Shown: positions 20,445 to 31,836 of the stretch, in pieces
How positions within the stretch are numbered: position 1 is the first letter of the stretch
How the letters are laid out: each line of letters starts with the position of its first letter
DNA from: an uncultured Bacilli bacterium
GTDB taxonomy: Bacteria; Bacillota_I; Bacilli_A; RF39; UBA660
NCBI GenBank assembly: GCA_934149105.1
Contig: CAKPDP010000004.1
Location: 5,277-69,276, forward strand
Direction of reading: 5' to 3'
DNA length: 64,000 nucleotides
Program-made: the position numbers and the translations under genes
The notes under the pieces: model-generated
Seen by the model: the letters and a program-made list of their open reading frames with translations, nothing else
Database searches by the model: none
Told to the model about the DNA's origin: nothing

Positions 20445-21383
20445 ATGCTTAATAAATTCAAAAAAAATCTGACCAAAAAGAATCTTATTATTAGCCTAAT
20501 TATCTTAATTATAATAATATTAATAGTTATACTTATTTTAAGATTTCGTAAAAATACTTCTAGTCATAGTATAGATTATAATTTAAACACGTATACTAAT
20601 TCCTATAATTATTCTGAAGATGGTTTTTATACCGATAATGATCTAGAAGTAGAGGTTACTAATTCTGCAGCTATTCTTAAATATGATGATTTAAAAGGTG
20701 AAATAGTATCCTATAATCCTACTACTAAAGAAAGTACAAGTATTACTATTTTAGATGAAGAAAATAATAATATTAATAATAAAATTAGTAGTTTTGAACA
20801 AATTAATTATAATGGTAATGTTTATGCCTTTGCTAGAGATGGTAAAGCCCATCAGTTATTAACTGATAAAAACACTGATAATACTTATCAATCTCAAGTA
20901 ATTCCCACTAAAACTAAAGTTTCTAGAATTGTCAAAAATGATGATAATAGTCTATCTAATTATAATTTTGTTAATGAAAATAACATGCTCTATAATTCGG
21001 AAGGTGATCTATATAAAACTTGGGTTTATAACTATGAAGATAAAATTTATCTTTACAAAAATGCTGGAGTGGCCTATCTAAGTCCTTACGATGTCTTTAC
21101 TGATGACGATAAATATACCATTAGTTTTAAATATATTTTAATAGAAAACGATAATATTTATTTAGTTACTGATAAAGATGTTGTCTATCAAATAGTTTCT
21201 ACTAACAATTCTTATGGCTTATCTAGAATTAATACTTTTATTGATATGCTATATGGTGATTATAACGAAGAAACAAAAACCTATAGTACTATAACCATTA
21301 ATTTAAAAGATAAGACAACTATTAATTTAAAAAATGCTACTTTTATTGATAGCTATATAATAATAAATCAATTATATTCATAG
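20445..21383 (+). CDS. Hypothetical N-terminally membrane-anchored extracytoplasmic protein, N/Y/D-rich
   Basis: Single N-terminal TM (IISLIILIIIILIVILIL) then 280 aa low-complexity ectodomain. Confidence 0.45.
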   Translation: MLNKFKKNLTKKNLIISLIILIIIILIVILILRFRKNTSSHSIDYNLNTYTNSYNYSEDGFYTDNDLEVEVTNSAAILKYDDLKGEIVSYNPTTKESTSITILDEENNNINNKISSFEQINYNGNVYAFARDGKAHQLLTDKNTDNTYQSQVIPTKTKVSRIVKNDDNSLSNYNFVNENNMLYNSEGDLYKTWVYNYEDKIYLYKNAGVAYLSPYDVFTDDDKYTISFKYILIENDNIYLVTDKDVVYQIVSTNNSYGLSRINTFIDMLYGDYNEETKTYSTITINLKDKTTINLKNATFIDSYIIINQLYS

Positions 21384-21476
21384 AGGAAGTGAACCATAAA
21401 AAAATAATAATTGCAATTATTACCTTCCTATTATTCTTAGGTCCAGTATCGGCTTTTAAATAATAAGCCTGAATTT

Positions 21477-21920
21477 TTGGAAGAAAAAATAAAGAACTTT
21501 TCTTCCCAAAACAATTATAATTATTCTGAGACTACAGAAGTACCACCACATCTAGTGGGTTATAATATTGTTAAAAACTATTCTGTTATAAATAAGCAAT
21601 CTAAAGAAGCTATTGATATATATAAATTTACAGATTCTGATAATGCTACTAATTACTTTAAAAATACTCATGATGAAATTATTAATAATTTATCTGATAC
21701 TGATAGTTATAATATAGATAATAGTGATAAAATCAATTGTAGTTATATCAAAGCTAAATTAAATGATGATAGATATTTTTATTTAGTTAATTTTAATAAA
21801 TTAATATATCCTCAATTTAACTATTTACTCTATATCATAATCCCTATAGCAATAATAATTTTAATAGTCATCTCTTTACTAATTCTAAAAAAGAGAAAAG
21901 CTGAAAAAGCTCTTATATAA
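21477..21920 (+). CDS. Hypothetical tail-anchored membrane protein (TTG start, doubtful)
   Basis: Only in-frame start is TTG with no RBS. C-terminal TM LLYIIIPIAIIILIVISLLIL + KKRKAEKALI. Confidence 0.3.
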   Translation: MEEKIKNFSSQNNYNYSETTEVPPHLVGYNIVKNYSVINKQSKEAIDIYKFTDSDNATNYFKNTHDEIINNLSDTDSYNIDNSDKINCSYIKAKLNDDRYFYLVNFNKLIYPQFNYLLYIIIPIAIIILIVISLLILKKRKAEKALI

Positions 21921-22045
21921 TTTTTACAAATTATATAAAAAGTGCTATATTTTAAACACATCAAGTTAAATATTTAATCTGAAGAGTTGGGGTATTCAAG
22001 CTAAAGTGAGAATTAAAATAGTTATCTATCCTGAGATAGAATACT

Positions 22046-22078
22046 AAAACTAGATATTATTTAAATGTCTAGTTTTTT
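22046..22078 (+). terminator. Rho-independent terminator (AAAACTAGA-13 nt loop-TCTAGTTTT + TT)
   Basis: 9-bp perfect stem read directly. Confidence 0.5.
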
Positions 22079-22094
22079 GCGGGGTATAATTCCT

Positions 22095-22123
22095 TTGACA
22101 AGAGCAATTAAATTTGTTAAAAT
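22095..22123 (+). promoter_or_regulatory. Sigma-A-type promoter TTGACA-17-TAAAAT for the long sigma factor gene
   Basis: Read directly. Confidence 0.5.
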
Positions 22124-22161
22124 AGTAACTCAACTAAAAGAAAAAAAGGAGGAATTTTACT

Positions 22162-23658
22162 ATGAATAGTGAATTACAGAAATGTTTAAGTAAAATTTTA
22201 CCAACTATTTCTACTAAAAAAGAGGCTTTAGTAGAAGTATCAAAAATAGTAAGGGTTTTAGAAACTAATGAAAATACTAATTTAAAAGATTATGAGGATA
22301 TAATTTCTAATTTATCTACTTGTCCAGAAATAACTAAATTAATGAGTATCTTAATACCTAATAAAGAAGTAAGCAGAAAAGAAATAGAGAAGATAAGTTC
22401 TAATCCTCTCTTTGTAGGTGTTATAGAAAATTATTGCTCCTTCCAAAATATAACTATTATTGAAAATAATCCTTCTGAAATAATTACTAAAGAAGATAAA
22501 GACTTATTTTTAAAAGCTCAACAAGGAGATAATAAAGCTATGGAAATACTTTTAAAGAAAAACGAAGGCTTAGTAGCAAAGTTTTTAAAAAGTTACATAA
22601 CTCCTGATATTGAACCAGAAGATATGATGCAAGATGGTAGAATAGCCTTAATGCGTGCTATAAGATTATATAATCCTAGTAAAAATTGCCGCTTTTCTAC
22701 TTTAGCCTCTATCTTTATTAAGTTTAGTCTTAATAATACTAAACGTACCACCAATAGGGGACTTTATTATTCTGCTCACGCTAGAGAAAAATTAAATAGA
22801 TATAATAAAGCTATAATAAATTTCCAAATGCTTAATGGTAGAAAGCCTAGTTCAGAAGAATTATCAGAAATTTTATCTCTTCCCCTTTCTACAATTGAAA
22901 ATCTAACTAAATATAATAGTACTCCTTTAAGTATTAACCAAGAAGTAGGACCAGATAGTGATGTTACTTTAGAAGCTTGTGTAGCAGATCATAGTGTTAA
23001 TTTAGAAAAATCTTATATCACAAAAGATTTTCAATTAAGATTTCGTAAATTCTTAGAAGAAGCCCCTATATCTGAAAAAGAAAGAATTATCCTAGAACGT
23101 CGTAATGGGTTTAATTCTTCTCCTCAAACCCATCAAGAAATAGGTTTAGATTTAGGAATAACTAAAGAGCGTGTTCGTCAAATAGAAGCAGCAGCTTTAA
23201 GAAAACTAAGAAAATCTCCTCAATTATTAGAATTTGTTTCTTACTTAGAACGACCTAATGAAGATCTAACTAAATTATTATTTTTTAACTATCAAAATAG
23301 TGATAATAGAGCTACTAAGAGTTTAGATAAAGCTTATCAAAAACATAGAGAAGAACTATTTAAAACCTCTGATTTAATAGAATATTTTCATACTTTAGGA
23401 TATACTACTAGTGATTTCTATGTTGTTTTATCAACTCTAAATAACGAAGAATTAGCTATAATTAATAATTACTATGATGGTAATTATCATAAAAGAGAAT
23501 ATCCTTTAGAAGTTCCTTCTAACAATTCCCAAGATTTATACTTTATCTTAGATAATAGATTATTAAAAGGTTTTTCTACTCAAGTCTTAGAAGGTACTAT
23601 TGATATGCCTAAACCAAAAGTTAAAACTAGAAAGAGATCCTATTCTAGAGCTAAATAA
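22162..23658 (+). CDS. Sigma-70 family RNA polymerase sigma factor with ~110-aa N-terminal and ~140-aa C-terminal extensions
   Basis: Region 2 (DGRIALMRAIRLYNPSKNCRFSTLASIFIKFSL), region 3, region 4 HTH (THQEIGLDLGITKERVRQIEAAALRKLR). Total 498 aa. Confidence 0.75.
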   Translation: MNSELQKCLSKILPTISTKKEALVEVSKIVRVLETNENTNLKDYEDIISNLSTCPEITKLMSILIPNKEVSRKEIEKISSNPLFVGVIENYCSFQNITIIENNPSEIITKEDKDLFLKAQQGDNKAMEILLKKNEGLVAKFLKSYITPDIEPEDMMQDGRIALMRAIRLYNPSKNCRFSTLASIFIKFSLNNTKRTTNRGLYYSAHAREKLNRYNKAIINFQMLNGRKPSSEELSEILSLPLSTIENLTKYNSTPLSINQEVGPDSDVTLEACVADHSVNLEKSYITKDFQLRFRKFLEEAPISEKERIILERRNGFNSSPQTHQEIGLDLGITKERVRQIEAAALRKLRKSPQLLEFVSYLERPNEDLTKLLFFNYQNSDNRATKSLDKAYQKHREELFKTSDLIEYFHTLGYTTSDFYVVLSTLNNEELAIINNYYDGNYHKREYPLEVPSNNSQDLYFILDNRLLKGFSTQVLEGTIDMPKPKVKTRKRSYSRAK

Positions 23659-23901
23659 TTATTAAAAATTCTATCCAAGCGATAGAATTTTTAAACTTTT
23701 TAAAACAACGAACAGTCTATTAGTAACATTATGTTATAATCATTAGTTCGACGATTTTTGAAGACAGAAGACCTCCTAACTCCCTTTTTAAATTTTTTAC
23801 GAATATAAAAACTGTCAACTTGTGAGACATCGTTAGTTAATAAATACCTATCATCACTAAATTGAGATAATAAAATTATTCTTATTTTTAGCAAATATTT
23901 A

Positions 23902-23930
23902 TTGACATTGCTAAAAAATAGTAATATAAT
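23902..23930 (+). promoter_or_regulatory. Consensus sigma-A promoter TTGACA-17-TATAAT of the hrcA-grpE-dnaK operon
   Basis: Perfect hexamers and 17-nt spacer read directly. Confidence 0.75.
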
Positions 23931-23934
23931 GAAT

Positions 23935-23961
23935 TTAGCAGTGATAAAATAGTACTGCTAA
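23935..23961 (+). promoter_or_regulatory. CIRCE operator (HrcA binding site) TTAGCAGTG-N9-TACTGCTAA
   Basis: 9-bp inverted repeat with 9-nt spacer matching CIRCE consensus TTAGCACTC-N9-GAGTGCTAA at 7/9 + 7/9. Sits between -10 and hrcA start. A second weaker IR TTAGCA-N15-TGCTAA (23888-23914) overlaps the -35. Confidence 0.75.
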
Positions 23962-23973
23962 GGAAGTGATGCT

Positions 23974-24963
23974 GTGCTAAGTAAAAGACAAAATGATATT
24001 TTAAAAAATATCGTTGAAGAATATATAAAGACTGCTAAACCAGTAAGCTCTAGTGGTATCTGTGAACGTTTAAATTGTTCTAGTGCCACTGTTAGAAACG
24101 AAATGGTTGAACTAGAAGAATTAGGCTATCTAGAAAAAAATCATTTTGCCTCTGGCCGAAGCCCTAGTGAAACTGGCTATAAATATTATGTTGAAAATCT
24201 TATGACTCCTAAAACTATGACAGGGGAGGATATGTTGAAACTTCAAACTATTTTCCATAATAATTCTTTAGATATTTCTGATACTATAAAAAAAAGTATT
24301 GAAATAATTTCTGAGATAACTAACTATACTACTGTTGTTCTTGATAATAATTCTAAAGATAATAGATTGAAGAAAGTAGAAACAGTTCCGTTGGATCGCA
24401 ATAAAGTTTTAACTATCGTTATAACTGATAAAGGTTATGTTGAACATAAAACTTTAACTCTCCCTGATACTATTGAAGTAGATGAAGTAAGAAAAACTGT
24501 TGAATTAATAAACAAATTACTAATAGGAACTCCTATTAATGAAGTATCAGAAAAATTAGAGTATGAAATAAAACCTATTATTGGTAAATATGTTAAACAA
24601 CATGAAGTTTTATATAATGCTTTCCATGATGCTTTCTCGGAATTTACCACTAAAGCTACTGATACAGCTTTCGCTGGTAAAAGTAATTTCTTAAAACAAC
24701 CAGAATTCAGTAATATTGATAAAGTAAAAGAATTATTAACTAAATTTGATGATGTTTCTAACATTACTGAAGAAAAAGAAAATGGCATAAATATCTATAT
24801 CGGCCATGATAATGAATTCTCATCTGATGTTTCCATTATCAAAACTAAATATAATTATAATGGTGAAGAAGGAACCATCGCTATCATAGGTCCTAAGCGT
24901 ATGGAATATGATAGAGTAGTGTCCTTACTTGATTACTTAAAAAATAATCTTGATAATAAATAG
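23974..24963 (+). CDS. hrcA: Heat-inducible transcription repressor HrcA
   Basis: GTG start with AAGGAAGTGA RBS. N-terminal wHTH (LSKRQNDILKNIVEEYIKTAKPVSS). Position upstream of grpE-dnaK. Confidence 0.9.
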   Translation: MLSKRQNDILKNIVEEYIKTAKPVSSSGICERLNCSSATVRNEMVELEELGYLEKNHFASGRSPSETGYKYYVENLMTPKTMTGEDMLKLQTIFHNNSLDISDTIKKSIEIISEITNYTTVVLDNNSKDNRLKKVETVPLDRNKVLTIVITDKGYVEHKTLTLPDTIEVDEVRKTVELINKLLIGTPINEVSEKLEYEIKPIIGKYVKQHEVLYNAFHDAFSEFTTKATDTAFAGKSNFLKQPEFSNIDKVKELLTKFDDVSNITEEKENGINIYIGHDNEFSSDVSIIKTKYNYNGEEGTIAIIGPKRMEYDRVVSLLDYLKNNLDNK

Positions 24964-24975
24964 AAAAGAGGAATT

Positions 24976-25608
24976 ATGAGTAAAAATAAAAATAAACATT
25001 CTGAAAAGAATAAAGAAGTAACTGAAGAAACTATAACTAATCCTGAAAAAGAATGTTCTTGTGAAAACTGTCATTGTGAAGAATCTTCTTCTGAAAAAGA
25101 ATGCTCTTGTCATGACAGCTGTGAAGAAAATTCTTCTAAAGAACATGATTTAGAAGTAAAATTAGAACAAGCTACTAACAAAGTAGCAGCCCTTCAAGAA
25201 GCTTTATTAAGAAATCAAGCTGACTTACAAAATTACAAACGTAGAAAAGATGAAGAGACAGCTAAATTACTTAAATACTCTGAAGAAGGAATAGTTAAAG
25301 ATTTCTTACCAATAATTGATAACTTTGAACGAGCTATCAAAATGGATGATAATGATTTATCTGATGAAGTTTCTAAATTCTTAGAGGGCTTCAAAATAAT
25401 CTATACTAATACTTTAAGTTTATTAAATAAATATGAAGTAAAAGAAATTGAAGCCGAAGGTGTAGAATTTGATCCTACTTATCACCATGCTGTTTTAACT
25501 GAACATGATGATAATAAACCTGAAGGTGTCGTTTTAGAAGTTCTTCAAAAAGGCTATATTTATAAAGATCGTGTCATTAGACCTGCTATGGTCAAGGTTA
25601 ATGGTTAA
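24976..25608 (+). CDS. grpE: Nucleotide exchange factor GrpE with Cys/His-rich N-terminal tail
   Basis: Conserved GrpE core (LLRNQADLQNYKRR... DNFERA ... PAMVKV). N-terminal EKECSCENCHCEE/EKECSCHDSCEE repeats. Confidence 0.9.
   Translation: MSKNKNKHSEKNKEVTEETITNPEKECSCENCHCEESSSEKECSCHDSCEENSSKEHDLEVKLEQATNKVAALQEALLRNQADLQNYKRRKDEETAKLLKYSEEGIVKDFLPIIDNFERAIKMDDNDLSDEVSKFLEGFKIIYTNTLSLLNKYEVKEIEAEGVEFDPTYHHAVLTEHDDNKPEGVVLEVLQKGYIYKDRVIRPAMVKVNG
25045..25137 (+). repeat. Imperfect tandem duplication (48 + 45 nt) inside grpE encoding two EKECSC(E/H)(N/D)(C/S)(H/C)(C/E)EE units
   Basis: Direct DNA repeat GAAAAAGAATG(T/C)TCTTGT...GAAGAA..TCTTCT read directly. Confidence 0.7.
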
Positions 25609-25746
25609 TGTTAAAAGTTAAAAGTGATAATAAAGATAATTTAACTATTAATTATAATAAAGATGGCCAAGAAGAAGAATATGAAATATATATTGATGAT
25701 AAATTAATAAATGATATTGATATTAATGATGAAAAAGGAAAGGTGA

Positions 25747-27603
<1,857 letters not shown>

Positions 27604-27617
27604 TTTATACCTAGGGT

Positions 27618-27648
27618 AGAAGTCCTAGTTTACTAGGACTTCTTCTTT
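27618..27648 (+). terminator. Strong hairpin (11-bp perfect stem AGAAGTCCTAG-ttta-CTAGGACTTCT) with short U-tract. Likely partial terminator/attenuator after dnaK
   Basis: Read directly. Typical position of the internal dnaK-operon terminator. Confidence 0.55.
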
Positions 27649-27671
27649 AAGGTTAAGAAAGGAGTACCAAT

Positions 27672-28535
27672 ATGGAAGAATTTACTATCGATCTAACTTT
27701 AAGAGATAAAGATGATACTAGATCTCTAACTATTAGAAAAAATCCTTTAGATAATACTTATAGTCTACTAATTCCCTTAGTTAAAGATAACCCTGATGGT
27801 TATCCTACTGATCTAGGTTTATCAATGTCTATTCAAAGTTATCCTGAACAAGAAACTAAATTATTAGAAATTAAAGATACTGTTCTTGGAAATTATCTCC
27901 TAGGAACTGCCAATACCCAAAAATATTCTGGAATTGCCCCTTTAATAACTATTGCCGATGATTTTGATCTTAACTATCAATACTTTGATCTTAATGCCGA
28001 AACAAAGCTTAATCTTCTAAAACAACTAGGAAAAGATATTGATAACGATTTACGCTTAAAAATTTTCTCTAGTGAGAAATTAGATGCTAACTTAGTTTCC
28101 GAGATCTTACACCAAAATCCTAATATTGGGGAAGCTTTAAGGACTTGTTTATCTAAAGTTGAACTAACTACTACCACTCCTCCCAAATTTAATTTACAAG
28201 CCTTACCTCTTGGTAAGTATTCTGATTTTAAGATAACCCATAGATCTTCTGATCCTAATATTCCTGTAACTAGCATTGACTTTGATTTCTCTGATCCTCT
28301 ATCCTTAACTTGGACTAAATTTATTGATAAAAAAGGCTATAGCAGAACTCTAGATTTATCTAATCCTGAGAATAATTCCGTTCAGATCTTCCCAGAACTT
28401 GCTAAGTTCACTGCCGTAACTAATGAACTTATTCAAAATCAAAGCCTAAATTCCCCAGTCTTTAATAGATTATTACTTGGAGACGCATCTTCTAATTGGT
28501 CTTCAATTACTCAAACAACTACTAAAAGGAGGTAA
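27672..28535 (+). CDS. Hypothetical protein inserted between dnaK and dnaJ
   Basis: 287 aa, no TM, no motif I recognise. RBS AAGAAAGGAG. dnaJ start 5 nt after its stop with RBS inside its 3' end. Confidence 0.5.
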   Translation: MEEFTIDLTLRDKDDTRSLTIRKNPLDNTYSLLIPLVKDNPDGYPTDLGLSMSIQSYPEQETKLLEIKDTVLGNYLLGTANTQKYSGIAPLITIADDFDLNYQYFDLNAETKLNLLKQLGKDIDNDLRLKIFSSEKLDANLVSEILHQNPNIGEALRTCLSKVELTTTTPPKFNLQALPLGKYSDFKITHRSSDPNIPVTSIDFDFSDPLSLTWTKFIDKKGYSRTLDLSNPENNSVQIFPELAKFTAVTNELIQNQSLNSPVFNRLLLGDASSNWSSITQTTTKRR

Positions 28536-28540
28536 AATTA

Positions 28541-29656
28541 ATGGAAAAAAGAGATTATTATGATGTTTTAGGTGTCAGTAAAACTGCCACAGATGCCGAA
28601 ATTAAATCAGCTTTCCGTAAATTAGCTAAAAAGTATCACCCCGATGTTTCTAAAGAACCAGATGCTGCCGAAAAATTTAAGGAAGCCCAAGAAGCTTATG
28701 CTGTCTTATCAGACGCTAATAAAAGAAAACAGTACGATCAATTTGGTCATAGTGCCTTTACTAATTCTAATGGTGGCTTCTCTGGTTTTGATGGATTTGA
28801 TTTTGGGAATATGTCCGATATCTTTGATGATTTATTCTCTGGCTTTGGCTTCTCTAACTCTAGTAGTAGAAGGAGTTCCAATGGACCACGAAGGGGTAGC
28901 GATATCTTATATCGTATGACTATATCTTTTGAAGAAGCCATCTATGGTTGTAAAAAAGACCTAACCCTTGACTTAGAAGATACTTGTCCTGACTGTAATG
29001 GAGTAGGGGGATTTAATCCTACTACTTGTTCTGAATGTCGTGGATCTGGTACTGTTACTAGTGAACAAAAAACCCTTTTTGGATCGTTCTTGACTAAAAC
29101 TACATGTCCTAAATGTCATGGAACTGGTACTAGTTTTGAAAAGAAATGTTCTACTTGCCGTGGTGATGGTAAAGTAAAAACTACTAAGACTATTACTATT
29201 AAAGTGCCCGCTGGTATCGATACTGAAAATAGATTACGTGTTCCCGGTAAAGGTGAAGCTGGTACTAATGGTGGTAATGCCGGAGATTTATATATTGAAT
29301 TTACTGTGAAAGATCACAGTATGTATAAACGTGTTGATGATGATATTTATCTAACTGTTCCTTTAACTATCACGGAAGCTGTTCTAGGTTGCAAAAAAGA
29401 AATACCTACTATCTATGGTAATGTTTCTCTATCTATCCCCGCTGGTACTAATACTGGAGATAAATTAAGATTAAAAGGTAAAGGTATTGAAAATGTTAAC
29501 TCTCATCGTAAAGGTGATATGTATGTTCAAGCTAAAGTTATTATTCCAAGTAAACTAACTAAAGAACAAAAAAATATCTTTGAAACTCTATCCTATACTG
29601 ATCTAGAAAGTGATACCGAATTTAAAAAATTTTCTAAATTCGTAAGTAATAATTAA
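28541..29656 (+). CDS. dnaJ: Chaperone DnaJ
   Basis: J-domain (DYYDVLGV...KYHPD), G/F region, four CxxCxGxG zinc-finger repeats. Confidence 0.95.
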   Translation: MEKRDYYDVLGVSKTATDAEIKSAFRKLAKKYHPDVSKEPDAAEKFKEAQEAYAVLSDANKRKQYDQFGHSAFTNSNGGFSGFDGFDFGNMSDIFDDLFSGFGFSNSSSRRSSNGPRRGSDILYRMTISFEEAIYGCKKDLTLDLEDTCPDCNGVGGFNPTTCSECRGSGTVTSEQKTLFGSFLTKTTCPKCHGTGTSFEKKCSTCRGDGKVKTTKTITIKVPAGIDTENRLRVPGKGEAGTNGGNAGDLYIEFTVKDHSMYKRVDDDIYLTVPLTITEAVLGCKKEIPTIYGNVSLSIPAGTNTGDKLRLKGKGIENVNSHRKGDMYVQAKVIIPSKLTKEQKNIFETLSYTDLESDTEFKKFSKFVSNN

Positions 29657-29657
29657 T

Positions 29658-30371
29658 ATGCAAAGATATTTTGCTCAAGATAAACAAGATAACAATTTAA
29701 TTCTCTATCCCCAAGATATTCATCATATTAAAAAAGTTATGCGTATGCAACTTCATGATCAAATTGAAGTAATCTTTGATAAAACTACCTATCTCTGTGA
29801 AATCACCGATCTTCTAAATTTTAATTTAACTATTCTAAAGACCCAAGAAGAAGACAATGAACTACCTCTAGATATTACTATTGCCATAGGCCTAGTCAAG
29901 GAACAAAAACTAGATCTAATCCTCCAAAAACTAACCGAGTTAGGTATCAAGAAAATAATTCCTTTAAAACTAGAACGTAGTATCGTTAAGGTCGACAATT
30001 CCAAACTAGATAAAAAACAAGAACGTTGGAAGACAATCTGTAAAGAAGCCAGTGAACAGTCCCATCGCAATATAATTCCTGAAGTCACTAAACCAATGAC
30101 TATTCCTGAACTTCTAAAAGAAAACTACGACTATAAATATGTCTGTAGTACTAAAGAAGAAAATAATTTACTAGTTAACTCTTTCCAAAATATTAATAAA
30201 TGTGCTAAAATAATATTTGTAATAGGTCCTGAAGGAGGAATATCTTATAAAGAAGAAGAATTGTTAAATAATAATAATTATCAATCTATCTCCTTAGGAA
30301 AAAGAATTCTTCGGGTTGAAACTGCCGCTATTTATATAGCCAGTATCCTAAATTATTGTAGTATGAGGTGA
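29658..30371 (+). CDS. rsmE: 16S rRNA (uracil1498-N3)-methyltransferase RsmE
   Basis: MQRYF start. C-terminal SPOUT motifs IGPEGGIS...LGKRILRVETAAI. Confidence 0.85.
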   Translation: MQRYFAQDKQDNNLILYPQDIHHIKKVMRMQLHDQIEVIFDKTTYLCEITDLLNFNLTILKTQEEDNELPLDITIAIGLVKEQKLDLILQKLTELGIKKIIPLKLERSIVKVDNSKLDKKQERWKTICKEASEQSHRNIIPEVTKPMTIPELLKENYDYKYVCSTKEENNLLVNSFQNINKCAKIIFVIGPEGGISYKEEELLNNNNYQSISLGKRILRVETAAIYIASILNYCSMR

Positions 30372-30376
30372 CATTT

Positions 30377-31129
30377 ATGATATATATAGAAGAAATAAAC
30401 AATACATCCTGGGAAGTTTTAATAATAATAGTGTTTATTTTCTTCTTTTTATTTTTTCTCTATCGTCTATCTAAATTAAATAAACAAAATAAAAAGTTAG
30501 AACAAGAATTAAAAAAACTAAAATATTCTAAAGATAGTCTCTCTTCTGAAACTTCTTCTCTAGTTAAGTCTACTCCTGTTTTAACCCCTAAAGAAGAAAC
30601 TAAACCTTTATCTAGTTCTAAATCTGAAATAAAATCTCCCAATCCTAAAATTAAAGAATCTAAAGAAACATCATCTCTTTCTAATCCTAATAAAGCTTAT
30701 CAAAAAAATGTTCTTAAAAATATTAAAGCCCCAACTTCTCCTATAAATATAACTAATCAATCTCCTAGTATTAAAGAATTAAAGATGGATCTTAATGACT
30801 TTATAAAAAAAGAACGTAAAAACGGTAATAATGTCCGTATCTTGACTTCTAAAGACTATGAAACCAGTAGTTCTAGTACTATTTCCTATATGGAAGAAGT
30901 CTCTAAACGTCTCGAAGAAGCCCATAATGATGATCCTATTGAATTAACTGATTATGAAAAGAAACAGGAAGAAGAAGCTATTATCAGTTATCAAGAATTA
31001 ATTGAAAATAAAGATAAAATCTATCAACTAGCAGATACCGACGACGAAGCCGATATTGAATTTATAAATGAACTTAAAAATTTTAGAGAAAGCTTAAATA
31101 AAGAGACTTCTTCTTCCAAATCAAGATAA
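30377..31129 (+). CDS. Hypothetical single-pass membrane protein with Ser/Lys-rich disordered and acidic coiled-coil regions
   Basis: ATG with GAGGTGA RBS. N-terminal TM (VLIIIVFIFFFLFFLY). Low-complexity S/K/E-rich body. Confidence 0.45.
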   Translation: MIYIEEINNTSWEVLIIIVFIFFFLFFLYRLSKLNKQNKKLEQELKKLKYSKDSLSSETSSLVKSTPVLTPKEETKPLSSSKSEIKSPNPKIKESKETSSLSNPNKAYQKNVLKNIKAPTSPINITNQSPSIKELKMDLNDFIKKERKNGNNVRILTSKDYETSSSSTISYMEEVSKRLEEAHNDDPIELTDYEKKQEEEAIISYQELIENKDKIYQLADTDDEADIEFINELKNFRESLNKETSSSKSR

Positions 31130-31208
31130 CTACTATCTTGATTTTTAATCATTAGACTAGTAATCTATCTCAAACTATAGTATAATAAATTTATAAACCT
31201 AGAAAAGA

Positions 31209-31832
31209 GTGATATTCTTGACATCTAAAACTAAAAATATCTTTTTGATTATAACTATCTTCATCTTATCTCTTCTAACTACTATTATAATTATTAATAA
31301 ACAATCTCTAGATATCTTGCTCTATAATCATTTTATAAAATATTTAATCAATCCCCATTTGACTACTATTTTTAAATTTATAACTAATATTGGAGGACCA
31401 GTATCTTTAATTATAACTACTATTATTCTAATGTTTCTAATTAAAGAAAAAAAGATAAATCTTTCTCTAATTATTAATCTTCTAACTATAACCATTATAA
31501 ATACCATTATTAAAGAACTTGTTAAAAGGCCAAGACCTAGTGGCTACAATATCATTACGGAAACTGGTTATAGTTTTCCCTCTGGCCACTCTATGGTAGG
31601 TCTTGCCTATTTTGGGTATCTTATTTATCTTACTAATAAATATCTTTCTAACAAATACCTTAAATTAACTATTACTATCTTTCTTTCTCTTTTAATTATC
31701 AGTATAGGTCTTTCAAGAATTTACCTAGGTGTTCATTATGCTTCTGATGTTATAGCGGGTTTTCTTCTTTCGAGCATTTACTTGATCATTTTTATACTTA
31801 TAACTAATAAACTAATAAAAGAAAGGACTTAA
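31209..31832 (+). CDS. PAP2-family phosphatase (undecaprenyl-diphosphatase / phosphatidylglycerophosphatase B type)
   Basis: GTG start. Motifs KRPRP, PSGHS, SRIYLGVHYASDV. Confidence 0.75.
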   Translation: MIFLTSKTKNIFLIITIFILSLLTTIIIINKQSLDILLYNHFIKYLINPHLTTIFKFITNIGGPVSLIITTIILMFLIKEKKINLSLIINLLTITIINTIIKELVKRPRPSGYNIITETGYSFPSGHSMVGLAYFGYLIYLTNKYLSNKYLKLTITIFLSLLIISIGLSRIYLGVHYASDVIAGFLLSSIYLIIFILITNKLIKERT

Positions 31833-31836
31833 AATT

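Noticed and set aside
21387-21461. Apparent signal-peptide-like mini-ORF (GTG...IIIAII...) ahead of ORF 21477
   Set aside because: On careful re-reading the frame is interrupted (TAG/TAA) and does not give a clean hydrophobic peptide. My first translation had dropped two bases.
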